From Candidatus Latescibacterota bacterium (lineage in GTDB: Bacteria > Latescibacterota > UBA2968 > GCA-2709665): DNA of 64,000 bases. The notes under the pieces are model-generated. The model was given only the letters and a program-made list of their open reading frames with translations. It did no database searches and was not told the origin of the DNA. The DNA is taken from positions 256,001-320,000 of the forward strand of contig CBDCOX010000002.1 in NCBI GenBank assembly GCA_965219995.1. The letters are read 5' to 3'. Position numbers and translations under genes: made by a program. The stretch's first letter is position 1, and each line of letters starts with the position of its first letter. Shown here piece by piece: positions 19,101 to 27,506 of the stretch.

Positions 19101-19559
19101 GGGGTTGGGATAGTAGGCATACTCACGGCCATCCGCCCTGCAATAAGGACAGTAGAGGCGCCAGGGATCGTCCAGGGACCAGTCGAAATAGCTGTAGTAC
19201 CGTACCCGAAACGGGTGGATGGGGCAGGCGCAGGTATAGATCCCGCGCGGCTCCCGATGCCAGATGGTATCCAGGTACCATGCATCGGACCTGGCGGACC
19301 ACTCTTCCGCGACGGCGAGAGACTCGTCCGCCCAGGAACAGACGTCTTCGTTGCCGGCTGCGTACCTGCGGCGGATTTCCTCAATGGAATGCGCGCCGAT
19401 CCAGACGTTGGGCCGGTCGGGGAATCCGACCACGCGGTGACCCATGTCTTCGGGCGGCGTCCAGGACGGTTTCACGAATCGTCGATCTCCGATTGGATCC
19501 GGCAGAGCGCCATCGTGGGATTGCGCGGGGCGAGCGGTCGCCAAGCGCCGGCCGGACAC
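16113..19559 (-). CDS. Large heparinase II/III-like (polysaccharide lyase-like) protein; start uncertain (GTG 19559 or ATG 19445)
   Basis: GHYHMAPLNLTLYAAGHELATDLGY and AHNTV motifs; YVVDLFRVSGG..HDWTFHG. Confidence 0.7.
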   Translation of the reverse strand: MSGRRLATARPAQSHDGALPDPIGDRRFVKPSWTPPEDMGHRVVGFPDRPNVWIGAHSIEEIRRRYAAGNEDVCSWADESLAVAEEWSARSDAWYLDTIWHREPRGIYTCACPIHPFRVRYYSYFDWSLDDPWRLYCPYCRADGREYAYYPNPRYPDDGDGCFPTDRVWREDHDEAWSEAHDGIPWDHWDGEAHGYVEPTNAFYFKALCWMNSLRALSGRVLHRLGEASHAARLRSDPDTASKHARKARVILVTLARALLGDAYLAALLETSEANLGRRLAGFYEPGTPAKTYPGYRLYAPFDHIEGDPERPLNAPGDRYGTTGASIYPGVWNWKASLAEDLLVGYSLIAGTFEESESDLKAAALRILTSVEGDSLQLAASGRKLKRGILEYTLHPYSLVTGADNLSSSTQMPRLQLGRIVGDDRIIENVARDIFYFLHNFFTGDGLGKEGSPSYTSWGISGVMEAIHGQRGAFDRTAPYYDGKLNGINMLSLPVFRHGLGQYLKTGFPDGRPIAWEDCVIRAAMPLEQLALAETHGGGIPDGYRDYLNIDPEGDPVVSLKLPMPLPSHLLGQNRKAILRSGEGDRARTLSLDYTERVGHYHMAPLNLTLYAAGHELATDLGYMGSTHFMTVDWIKTFPAHNTVAIRTRDGDPMGTDNLRGDLRSFVDLPGFKAIDAAEEDADELAKVPGADRFQRTVALIDCDAENAYVVDLFRVSGGHLHDWTFHGNGHRFSTEGVDLRDRPDPAESLYDYSGFTFKPSRRTPRAGAMWGSQRVAQLSTGHSDGPWTATWGDVTEYPGPDGAPVTDTEAFLRLHMLDAPGSEIIVGTGPAQRWLDNRDLGEQMKLVTVRRRNRHHPNTFLAVHEPYRKTPFIERASRMACESGEAAGLQVAHNRGTDLILSNPSGAPCKISRNGRELRSDGELAFASFDAEGLRTLAMIGGTFAESGGRRIEPSFTIEGLLTGFDDVVKSLTIQPDAAIADLNTLSNKTITIRHRARASAYTIQSCMRNPEGTYTLRLTGFPHLAVGYLLVTGVETGRAWVEPPPVIQGREDNLNVFKVRPDRNLAFLQPLNDPVAADILDEHGTRIRTRFALRLDAAHHLSAGDEIAFSALHPGVDRFRIFGSGHWQRQTSARDSGREAGESAAS

Positions 19560-19566
19560 GTCCGGA

Positions 19567-20856
19567 TCAATCTGTGCGACCCTCGGCGATCTGTGCCAGG
19601 CGTTTGCCGTGATTCGCCACTTTCGCGAAGGCGGCGGCAACCTGGTCCACCCACGCCGGGCTGGGGTCAACCGGCGTTGACAGCCAGAAGCCGGAATCGT
19701 GGATTCTTTCGCTGATCGGCAGGTCTCCGCGGCTGTAAGGGATCCGGGCGTCTGGCGGCAGGTCGCCCCAGGGACCGCCGAGGTCGTCGAAGGGGAAATC
19801 GTTGAAGAGGGGTTCCAGGTGCATCGCACCGTAGCCGAATGGCGTGATGGCCGGGGTGGTCGCCACGCCCTCCGCCACGAGTGCCTTGAGGATTGTGGAA
19901 ACCGGCGCGCCGATTTCCGCCGGATCGATAAGCCCGGTATACAGCAGGAGTCCGCCCCGTACCGCCTGCGTGTAGGTTTTCTGGGGGTGGAAGCCCGGGA
20001 CGGATTCCAGGTGGCTGTCCAGCCGTCCGAACCAGGCTCTCCTTTTTTCGTTCAGTCCCGGCAGCCGTTCGAGCTGGGCGCGGGCCAGGGCGATCCCCAG
20101 AGGGTTCGCGCGGTATTTGACGCCCAGGCCCATGTTGCGGAGGTCCCTGAATCTGTCGGTTACGAACGCGTTCTCGCACCGCCCGTAATGGCCGAGGGCC
20201 AGCATGCGGTCGTAGAGGTCTCCGTCGTCGGTAACGACCACACCCGCTTCGATCCCCGTGACCGGCTTGCTACCCTGCAGACTGAAGCAGCCGATGTGAC
20301 CCAGTGAGCCGACAGGCGTGCCGTTCCAGAGGGCGCCGTGGGCGTGCGATGCGTCTTCGATCAGCGTGATCCCGGTTCCGGCGACGAGGTTCCGGAAAGC
20401 GTCCATCTGGGCGGGGTTGCCGTAGACGTGGGTTACGATGATCGCGCACGTGTTCTCCGAAATTCGACGCTCGGCGTCTCCGGGATCCGCGCAGAAGGTG
20501 TCGGGGTCCGCGTCGCAGAAGACCGGTGTCGCGCCGCAGTGCAGGATGGGCGTGATGCTGGCGTGCCAGGTGACGGAAGGCACAATGACCTCTTTGCCGG
20601 TCCGTGCGCCGGAGGCGAACACCGCCGAATGCAGGGCCGCCGTGCCGTTACAGGTGGCAATGGCGAATCTGGAGCCGGTGAAGGCGCGGAACTCTTCCTG
20701 AAAACGATCAATCTGTGAATAGGATTCACCCAGATTGCCTTCGATTACGCTCAGGACGGTTTGTTTCTCCAGGTCCGTTATGGTCTTCCAGCCATCGCCC
20801 TGGGGCTCGGTAACCGCCGCAGGGCCGCCATCGAGTGCCAGTTCCGATTGAGACAT
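19567..20856 (-). CDS. DegT/DnrJ/EryC1/StrS family PLP aminotransferase
   Basis: NGTAALH, HVYGNPA, IEDASHAHGA, FSLQGSK (PLP lysine). Confidence 0.95.
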   Translation of the reverse strand: MSQSELALDGGPAAVTEPQGDGWKTITDLEKQTVLSVIEGNLGESYSQIDRFQEEFRAFTGSRFAIATCNGTAALHSAVFASGARTGKEVIVPSVTWHASITPILHCGATPVFCDADPDTFCADPGDAERRISENTCAIIVTHVYGNPAQMDAFRNLVAGTGITLIEDASHAHGALWNGTPVGSLGHIGCFSLQGSKPVTGIEAGVVVTDDGDLYDRMLALGHYGRCENAFVTDRFRDLRNMGLGVKYRANPLGIALARAQLERLPGLNEKRRAWFGRLDSHLESVPGFHPQKTYTQAVRGGLLLYTGLIDPAEIGAPVSTILKALVAEGVATTPAITPFGYGAMHLEPLFNDFPFDDLGGPWGDLPPDARIPYSRGDLPISERIHDSGFWLSTPVDPSPAWVDQVAAAFAKVANHGKRLAQIAEGRTD

Positions 20857-21003
20857 ATCCCTTGTTCTCCCGGAAGTTGATCCGTGTGAATCGCCGGCGT
20901 TCCGTTATAGGGGCGCCATGATATGCGGACGGCATTCCGTGCGGAAGAAAGGCCGCCTTCGCCGGGTTCCCGAGACGGCGACGGCTGCCGGCAGAGGTGT
21001 TCC

Positions 21004-21032
21004 AAAATAGCATGGGCGGTGGAAATTGTCAA
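21004..21032 (-). promoter_or_regulatory. Sigma70-type promoter for the DegT operon
   Basis: Minus strand TTGACA-N17-TATTTT with TG extended -10. Confidence 0.6.
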
Positions 21033-21055
21033 AGCGGAAGGCGACCCGTGGAAGC

Positions 21056-21084
21056 TTGACAGTCGTGCCCGCGTGTGTTATATA
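21056..21084 (+). promoter_or_regulatory. Sigma70-type promoter for rhodanese-mauE
   Basis: TTGACA-N17-TATATA with TG extended -10; RBS AAGGAGG downstream. Confidence 0.65.
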
Positions 21085-21119
21085 TTATCCGAAGCATTCT
21101 TCCAAGGAGGGCCTCTCGG

Positions 21120-21620
21120 ATGATGCGATTCACGATGGTATTGAAGGCGATCACAATCCTGCTGATGGGGTCGGGCGCGGGCCTCGCTTACAACGCCATG
21201 TCCGACTCGGGCATTCCGCTTCGGACGCCCAGAAACGTGACGGCATCGGAACATGTGAACTGGAGCCTTTACCTCGAGGGCGTCCGTGCGAGTCTTGCCG
21301 ACGCGAAAGCGGCGTACGATTCCGGGACCGTTATCTTCCTGGATGCGCGCGTCTCGCGGTCCTATGCAGCCGGCCACATTCCGGGCGCATTGAATCTGAC
21401 GCCTCACGACGTCAGCACGGACGGCAGGAAAAAGCTCGTGGGTATTCCCAGGGATGCGCAAATCATCACGTACTGCGGGGGGGCCAGATGTCAGGCCAGC
21501 GTCAAGCTCGCCCATTTGCTGAAGCAGGGTCTGGGGTTTACGCGCGTACGGGCATTTTTCGATGGATGGGGCGCCTGGATCGACGCCGGTTATCCGGTAA
21601 GAAAAGGAAGTGACCCATGA
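21120..21620 (+). CDS. Rhodanese-like domain protein with N-terminal membrane anchor
   Basis: FLDAR, GHIPGALN, ITYCGGARC, GWGAW..AGYP. Confidence 0.9.
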   Translation: MMRFTMVLKAITILLMGSGAGLAYNAMSDSGIPLRTPRNVTASEHVNWSLYLEGVRASLADAKAAYDSGTVIFLDARVSRSYAAGHIPGALNLTPHDVSTDGRKKLVGIPRDAQIITYCGGARCQASVKLAHLLKQGLGFTRVRAFFDGWGAWIDAGYPVRKGSDP

Positions 21621-22075
21621 GGTGGGCCCGGAACGGAATTCCGGTCGTTCTGCGTCTGGTGCTGGGCGGTGTGCTGGTCTGGGCGGGGTTGGCCAAAGTG
21701 TCGGAACCGGCGTTGTTCGCCCTGACCGTGCGGGCGTATAACGTGCTCCCACAGGCGTTCATCAATGGTTTCGCGGTGGTCGTCCCGTGGATGGAAATCG
21801 CCGTCGGCGCGTGCCTGCTGTCGGGATTCTGGTCCCGGAGCGGCGCGCTCGCCGGGCTCGCGTTGCTCGTGTCTTTTGGTATTGCCATCACCATTAACAT
21901 CTACCGTGGCGCAAATCTGGACTGCGGCTGCTTCGGTTTGGACGGCACCCGTGGCTCACTCGAAGCGGCTCTTGTGCAGGATCTCCTGCTGATCGGATGT
22001 TCGCTGATATTGTTGTTTGTGCGCAAGATGCCGGTTTCGCTGGACAGGTTGCTTTTCGAAAACGCCGATCTGTAG
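21617..22075 (+). CDS. MauE/DoxX family membrane protein
   Basis: RLVLGGVLVWAGLAK, PWMEI, LDCGCFG; ATGA overlap with rhodanese. Confidence 0.9.
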   Translation: MRWARNGIPVVLRLVLGGVLVWAGLAKVSEPALFALTVRAYNVLPQAFINGFAVVVPWMEIAVGACLLSGFWSRSGALAGLALLVSFGIAITINIYRGANLDCGCFGLDGTRGSLEAALVQDLLLIGCSLILLFVRKMPVSLDRLLFENADL

Positions 22076-22201
22076 CCTGGGCGGCGTGTAACAAAGAACG
22101 TGTCGTCTGATTTGGCGTTATCAGGAGCGGCGCCGTTTTGCTACGGTTCCGCCTTTCTGCTTTACGGCGGAAAAAAGCGACCCATTCCGGGGGGTTGACG
22201 C

Positions 22202-25200
22202 ATGAAATACGTGTCCATCGCGCTAATCCTGATCGGTCTGTCCGCGGGGTGTGAAACGTACGTGCCGGAACCGGGAAGCGAGGCCTACCGCAGTGCGGTC
22301 GCCGACTTCTATACCGGACTTGCCGCCCTCGACGTTGGCGCCCGGGACCGGGCGGCCGCAGCGCTGGCGCGCATGACGGAAAACGTGCCTGGTGAACCCG
22401 CGGGATGGGCGAACCTGGCCCTGCTGCAGTTTTCCATGGGGCGGGAAGAAGAAGCGATCAGGTCGATGGAGCGCGCGCAGGGACTCTCTCCCGAAAGCGG
22501 GGAACTTGCTTTCCTGATGGGGGCATTCGAGAGCCGCCGCGGCCGGACGGACGAGGCGGTTTTTCACCTTCGGCGGGCAACGAACCTGGCCGGCCCGTCC
22601 CATCTCAAAGCGGGCTACGCGCTGGCGCGTGAGCTGGAAAGGAAAGGAGACACGCGAGAGGCGCTCGCCGTGGTGGAAGGGATGCTCGGCAAGGCGCCGC
22701 GGAATCTCGCCCTCCTGCTGGAGCGGATCAGGCTGGCCGCGAAGGCGCAGGATGCGGATGGGCTGAGGGTTTCGATTGCAGGGATCGCCGGGCGTACCGG
22801 CGCGTGGCCGGAAACGGCGAAGGATCAGGCGCGTGCGCTCGCAAATGCAAAGACGGACTTCCGGCTCGCGGCGCGGCATGCTGCATTTCTGCACAATGCG
22901 CTGCTGCGGACGCCTTCCTTCCGCAGCGACCTGAGTCGGCTGCGTATTCCGTCACAGGCGGTGGGCGAGCCACTGCGACGGTTCCTGAAGATGCAGAGTC
23001 CTCAGGCCGATTCCGCGCCCGCGGATACAGCGCTTGCTTTTTTTCCGAAAACACTCGATGAAGCCGCCGGTCTCACGATGCTCGGCCTCGCGTGGGAGGA
23101 TACCCCGGTGGCGCTGTCCGCAACGGAGGAAGCCGTCCGGTGGCTGGATTCGTCCGGCCGGGCCGTCCCGTCTCCCGCCTCCAGGCCATTGGGTGCCAAC
23201 GGTTTGCTGTCGGTCGACTGGAACAACGATTTCAGGCTGGATCTGGTGGCGGCGGGGGAGGGCGGCGTTCGTCTGTATCGACGGGAAGAGGACGGATCGC
23301 CCGCCGACGTCACGGATCTGATCGGCGTGGGCCGGAGCGTTACCGACAGTGGGTATCACGGCGTCTGGGCTGCAGACATTGAGATGGACGGGGACCTCGA
23401 CCTCGTCCTCGGGGGACGGGATGTCTGCCCGGTATTGCGAAACAACGGTGACGGCACGTTCGGACTCGCGCATCCGTTTACGGACGCGGACGGCGCGCGG
23501 GCGTTCGAATGGACGGACCTCGATGGCGACGGCGTACCGGATGCGGCGCTGGTGGACAACCGGGGTCGATTGGTTGTGTATCTCAACGAGCGAAGCGGTT
23601 TGTTCGAGCGTACGTACAAGAGTGATGACGAAGTTCGCGCGCTCGCGTCCGGCGACGTGGACGGCGATGGAAGTCAGGATCTGGTGGTCCTTTTCGGGGA
23701 CGGGCGTGTCGTTGCGATTTCGCACGAAGACGGGCGATGGGTGAACAGCGAACTGGTCGATACCGGGGAATACGACGCGCCGGTCCGCCTGTTCCTGGCC
23801 GACTTGGACAATAACGGCCAGCTCGATCTGGTTGTCGGCGGCGACGTCCGGGGTGGGTACTGGCTGGGAGATTCCGCAGGGTCCTGGCGTCACAACGCCC
23901 TGCCGAAGGGGTTTCGAGTCTTCGAGATAACGGACATGACCCGGGACGGACGCCTGGATCTGCTTGGACTCTCTGACGCCGGTCGACCGATGATTCTCGT
24001 GAACCGTGGAAAACGCGACTACCACTGGCAGGTCGTCCGGCCGCGGGTGCGGGAGGTCCGTGGGGACGGAAGGATCAATTCGTTCGCGCTGGGCGGGGAG
24101 GTGCTGGTGCGGTCCGGGCTTCTGGCGCAGCGCCGGGCGATCAGGACGCCCGCGGTACATTTCGGTCTGGGCGAATACGACCTGGCGAACGTGGTGCGTG
24201 TGCAGTGGCCGAACGGAACGATACAGGCGGAGTTCGACGTCGCGGCCGATCAGACGGTTCTCGCCCGGCAGCGCCTGAAAGGGTCGTGCCCATGGGTGTT
24301 CGCGTTCAATGGCGAAGAAGTGGCCTTCATAAAAGACTTTCTGTGGCGGTCCCCGCTGGGGATGAGGATCAATGCGCAGGTGACGGCCGGTGTGTCTCAA
24401 ACGGAGGATTGGATCCTGATCCGCGGCGATGAGCTCGCGTCCCGGGACGGATATTACGACATTCGCATCACGTCCGAATTGTGGGAGACGCAGTTCGTGG
24501 ACTGGGTGGAACTGATGGTGGTGGACCACCCCGCGGACGTGGCCGCATTCGTGGACGAACGGTTTGCCATGCGGCAGCCGGAACTCAGGGTGATTCCAAC
24601 GGGAACGCCCGTCACGGTCCGTGCGGCGCGGGACGAAAAGGGGCGGGACGTGACGGATCGGGTCGCGGCGAGAGACGGCCGCTATCTCGATACGTTCGAT
24701 GTCGGGCGATACCAGGGCGTGGCCGCGGACCACTGGGTTGAAGTGGACCTGCCGCGGGCGGCCGGGAACGGCGGCGGATGGTTGATCGGATACGGATGGA
24801 TCTATCCCACCGACAGTTCGATCAACGTCGCGATGGGTCATGGCGCGCATGCGAGACCCCGGGGGCTCCGTCTGGAGGCGCAGCGGAACGATGGAACCTG
24901 GGAAACCGCGGTCCCGGACCTGGGGTTCCCCGCCGGTAAGTTCAAGACGATTACGATCGATCTGTCGGGTGTGACGTCCCCCCGGTTGCGCCTTCGGACA
25001 AATCTGGAGATCTACTGGGACTGGCTGGCGTGGGCGGAAACCGCAAACGACGCGCTGCTGCGGACACGCCGGGTGTCGTCTCAGACTGCCGTATTGAGGG
25101 GCCGAGGGTTCTCGGAGGTCTCGCAACCGGATCGCCGTTCACCCGACGTTCCTCTGTACACTTCCCCCGTAAACCCCACGCCCCTTTGGTGGGACCTGAA

Positions 25201-25558
25201 GGGATATCACACCCGTTTCGGAGACGTGCGTCCGCTGTTGGCCGAGGTTGACGACCGATATGTAATCATGAACGCCGGAGACGAGCTTGTCTTCCGTTTT
25301 CCCGATCCGGGTCCGCCGCCCCCGGGGTGGGTGAGGGATTTCGTGCTGATGGGCGACGGCTGGGTTAAGGACGGGGACTACAACACGGCATTCTCCGAAA
25401 CCGTACTGCCGCTGCCGTCACACGCCCGGTCTACGTATGACACTCCGCCGGGGCTGCTGGAAGATGACCCGGTCTACCGCCGCAATCCGGCAGATTGGCA
25501 GGAATTCCACACCCGGTACGTCGCACCGGAAATTTCCCGGATGCACGCCGGAAGATAG
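22202..25558 (+). CDS. Lipoprotein with TPR repeats, FG-GAP repeats, ASPIC/UnbV domain and uncharacterised C-terminal domain
   Basis: Lipobox LSAG-C; helical TPR-like N-terminus; DxDxDGxxD repeats; HFGLG..VRVQWPNG; KGSCP. Confidence 0.85.
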   Translation: MKYVSIALILIGLSAGCETYVPEPGSEAYRSAVADFYTGLAALDVGARDRAAAALARMTENVPGEPAGWANLALLQFSMGREEEAIRSMERAQGLSPESGELAFLMGAFESRRGRTDEAVFHLRRATNLAGPSHLKAGYALARELERKGDTREALAVVEGMLGKAPRNLALLLERIRLAAKAQDADGLRVSIAGIAGRTGAWPETAKDQARALANAKTDFRLAARHAAFLHNALLRTPSFRSDLSRLRIPSQAVGEPLRRFLKMQSPQADSAPADTALAFFPKTLDEAAGLTMLGLAWEDTPVALSATEEAVRWLDSSGRAVPSPASRPLGANGLLSVDWNNDFRLDLVAAGEGGVRLYRREEDGSPADVTDLIGVGRSVTDSGYHGVWAADIEMDGDLDLVLGGRDVCPVLRNNGDGTFGLAHPFTDADGARAFEWTDLDGDGVPDAALVDNRGRLVVYLNERSGLFERTYKSDDEVRALASGDVDGDGSQDLVVLFGDGRVVAISHEDGRWVNSELVDTGEYDAPVRLFLADLDNNGQLDLVVGGDVRGGYWLGDSAGSWRHNALPKGFRVFEITDMTRDGRLDLLGLSDAGRPMILVNRGKRDYHWQVVRPRVREVRGDGRINSFALGGEVLVRSGLLAQRRAIRTPAVHFGLGEYDLANVVRVQWPNGTIQAEFDVAADQTVLARQRLKGSCPWVFAFNGEEVAFIKDFLWRSPLGMRINAQVTAGVSQTEDWILIRGDELASRDGYYDIRITSELWETQFVDWVELMVVDHPADVAAFVDERFAMRQPELRVIPTGTPVTVRAARDEKGRDVTDRVAARDGRYLDTFDVGRYQGVAADHWVEVDLPRAAGNGGGWLIGYGWIYPTDSSINVAMGHGAHARPRGLRLEAQRNDGTWETAVPDLGFPAGKFKTITIDLSGVTSPRLRLRTNLEIYWDWLAWAETANDALLRTRRVSSQTAVLRGRGFSEVSQPDRRSPDVPLYTSPVNPTPLWWDLKGYHTRFGDVRPLLAEVDDRYVIMNAGDELVFRFPDPGPPPPGWVRDFVLMGDGWVKDGDYNTAFSETVLPLPSHARSTYDTPPGLLEDDPVYRRNPADWQEFHTRYVAPEISRMHAGR

Positions 25559-25719
25559 CAGTCCGTTGAAAAGGTCGCTCTGCAGGCGAGGCCGAGTCAT
25601 TGTGGCCGAAGACAAGGCGCGCGACCGACGCGAATCCCTGGATTCAGGGAGGGAGCGCAACGCCGTCATTCGGTCACAAGGGCCGGACGCAGCCCGGATG
25701 GACTTTATCAACGGGCTGA
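25558..25719. mobile_element. MITE-like element A (162 bp) with imperfect TIRs and TA flanks
   Basis: Left TA|GCAGTCCGTTGAAAAGGTC versus right GACTTTATCAACGGGCTGA|TA (17/21 inverted match); partial second copy at 45811. Confidence 0.7.
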
Positions 25720-25736
25720 TAGGCAAGGAGTGTCGT

Positions 25737-27497
25737 ATGTCACGTCGAACCGTCCATGGCGTACCGCTCGCGATCTTTGTGCTGCTGCTGGCGATTCCCG
25801 TCATCATGAAATCCGGTCTGTGGCCGCGGAATGAAAAGATGGTGGCCCGGTTCGGATTTGCGCTCGAGGAAGTCGCCGGGAAAAGCGGCATTGACTTCGT
25901 ACACCGCGGCCCTGCGTTTGATGCGAAGTTGGCCCATATCATGCCGCACGTCGCCGCAATGGGCGCCGCGGTGTCCGCGGCGGATTTTGACCGGGACGGC
26001 TGGCAGGACCTGTACCTGACCAACAGCGCGGAGGGCGCGGCGAACCGGCTGTACCGCAATCTCGGCAACGGGAAATTCGAAGACGTGGCCGGCAGGGTGG
26101 GCGTGGCCGATCTGAATCCCGCCGGCACCGGGATTTCGGTTGGCGCCGTCTGGGGGGACTATAACAACGACGGCTTCGAAGATCTCTTCGTGTACAAATG
26201 GGGTCGGCCGGAGCTGTTTCGGAACGAGTCCGGGCAGAGGTTCACCCGTGTGAGCGAGGACGCAGGGCTGCCCGGCTGGATCAATGCGGGAAGCGCCGTC
26301 TGGCTCGATTACGATTGCGACGGGCGTCTGGATCTGTTTGTCGCCGGGTACTGGCCGGATGGACTGGATTTGTGGCATCTCCAATCCACCAGGATGATGC
26401 CCGAGAGTTTCGAATACGCCGAGAACGGCGGTCGGAAGTACCTCTTTCGCAATCTGGGAGACGGGCGGTTCGAGGACGTTGCCCAGCGGCTGGGCATTCG
26501 GAGCCGGCGGTGGACGCTTGCCGTGGCGGCGGCGGATCTGAACCGGTCGGGTTATCCGGATATCTTCCTGGCCAACGACTACGGCGTCTCGGAACTCTAC
26601 CGGAACGATGACGGAACGGGCTTTGAGGAAATCGGGCGGCGGGCCGGGGTCGGATACCAGCCGAAGAGCGGAATGAACGCGACATTCGGCGACGTGCTGA
26701 ACCAGGGTCGCCTGGCGATCTACGAGACCAATATCTCGGAGGCCGGGATTCTGCTGCAGGGCAACAACCTCTGGGTCGCCCGGCAGGACGGGGAGCTGGC
26801 GTTCGAAAACCTGGCGCAGGTGATGGGCGTGGAGCTGGGCGACTGGAGTTTCGGCGCGCAGTTCGGTGACCTCAACAACGACGGGCGCCTGGATCTGTTC
26901 TTGACCAACGGCTACGTGTCGGCCTCGGAGTCGGAGAGCTATTGGTACGACTTCTCACAGGTGGCCGGCGGGCACAGGGCGATCATTTCAGATGCGAAGC
27001 ACTGGCCCGCGATGAAGGGACGCAGCCTCGCCGGCTTTCAGCAATCGCGGGTGTGGGTGAACGACGGGATGGGACGTTTCGTAGACGTGGCTCGCGAGGC
27101 GGGGGTGCACGACCGTTTTGACGGGCGTGCGGTAGCGCTCGTTGATCTCTGGAACCGCGGGGTGCTTGACGTTGTGGTGGCCAACCAGCGCGGCCCGCTT
27201 CTCGTATACAGAAACACAGTGGATCCCGCCCGCCAATGGATCGGATTCGATCTGGCGGGCGTAACGAGCAACCGAAGCGCGATCGGGGCGCAGGTGAGGG
27301 TATTCTGGAACGGACAGGAACAGATGCAGGAGGTGTCGGGCGGCAGCGGTTTCTCGTCGCAGAATCAACGGCGATTGCATTTCGGGCTGGGGGTCGGTCC
27401 GGAGCTGGAAAAGGTCGTTTTGACCTGGCCTTCCGGACGCAGCCTCACCATGGAAAACCCTGCACTGAATGTGTACCACCGCGTTGAAGAACCCTGA
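25737..27497 (+). CDS. CRTAC1/ASPIC-UnbV family protein (FG-GAP repeats)
   Basis: DFDRDGWQDL, DYNNDGFEDL, DLNNDGRLDL repeats; NRSAIGA, SQNQRRLHFGLG; RBS AAGGAG. Confidence 0.9.
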   Translation: MSRRTVHGVPLAIFVLLLAIPVIMKSGLWPRNEKMVARFGFALEEVAGKSGIDFVHRGPAFDAKLAHIMPHVAAMGAAVSAADFDRDGWQDLYLTNSAEGAANRLYRNLGNGKFEDVAGRVGVADLNPAGTGISVGAVWGDYNNDGFEDLFVYKWGRPELFRNESGQRFTRVSEDAGLPGWINAGSAVWLDYDCDGRLDLFVAGYWPDGLDLWHLQSTRMMPESFEYAENGGRKYLFRNLGDGRFEDVAQRLGIRSRRWTLAVAAADLNRSGYPDIFLANDYGVSELYRNDDGTGFEEIGRRAGVGYQPKSGMNATFGDVLNQGRLAIYETNISEAGILLQGNNLWVARQDGELAFENLAQVMGVELGDWSFGAQFGDLNNDGRLDLFLTNGYVSASESESYWYDFSQVAGGHRAIISDAKHWPAMKGRSLAGFQQSRVWVNDGMGRFVDVAREAGVHDRFDGRAVALVDLWNRGVLDVVVANQRGPLLVYRNTVDPARQWIGFDLAGVTSNRSAIGAQVRVFWNGQEQMQEVSGGSGFSSQNQRRLHFGLGVGPELEKVVLTWPSGRSLTMENPALNVYHRVEEP

Positions 27498-27506
27498 CGT
27501 AAGCCA

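Noticed and set aside
19560-19829. N-terminal extension of the 1238-aa ORF
   Set aside because: It overlaps the 3' end of the DegT gene in another frame; the real start is more likely 19559 or 19445
21617-22075. MauE as part of the methylamine pathway
   Set aside because: MauE/DoxX-rhodanese pairs are widespread without methylamine dehydrogenase; there is no mauAB here and the gene is 15 kb from the cluster
22202-27497. Enediyne biosynthetic cluster
   Set aside because: UnbV-like domains are present, but no iterative PKS or thioesterase is in the window
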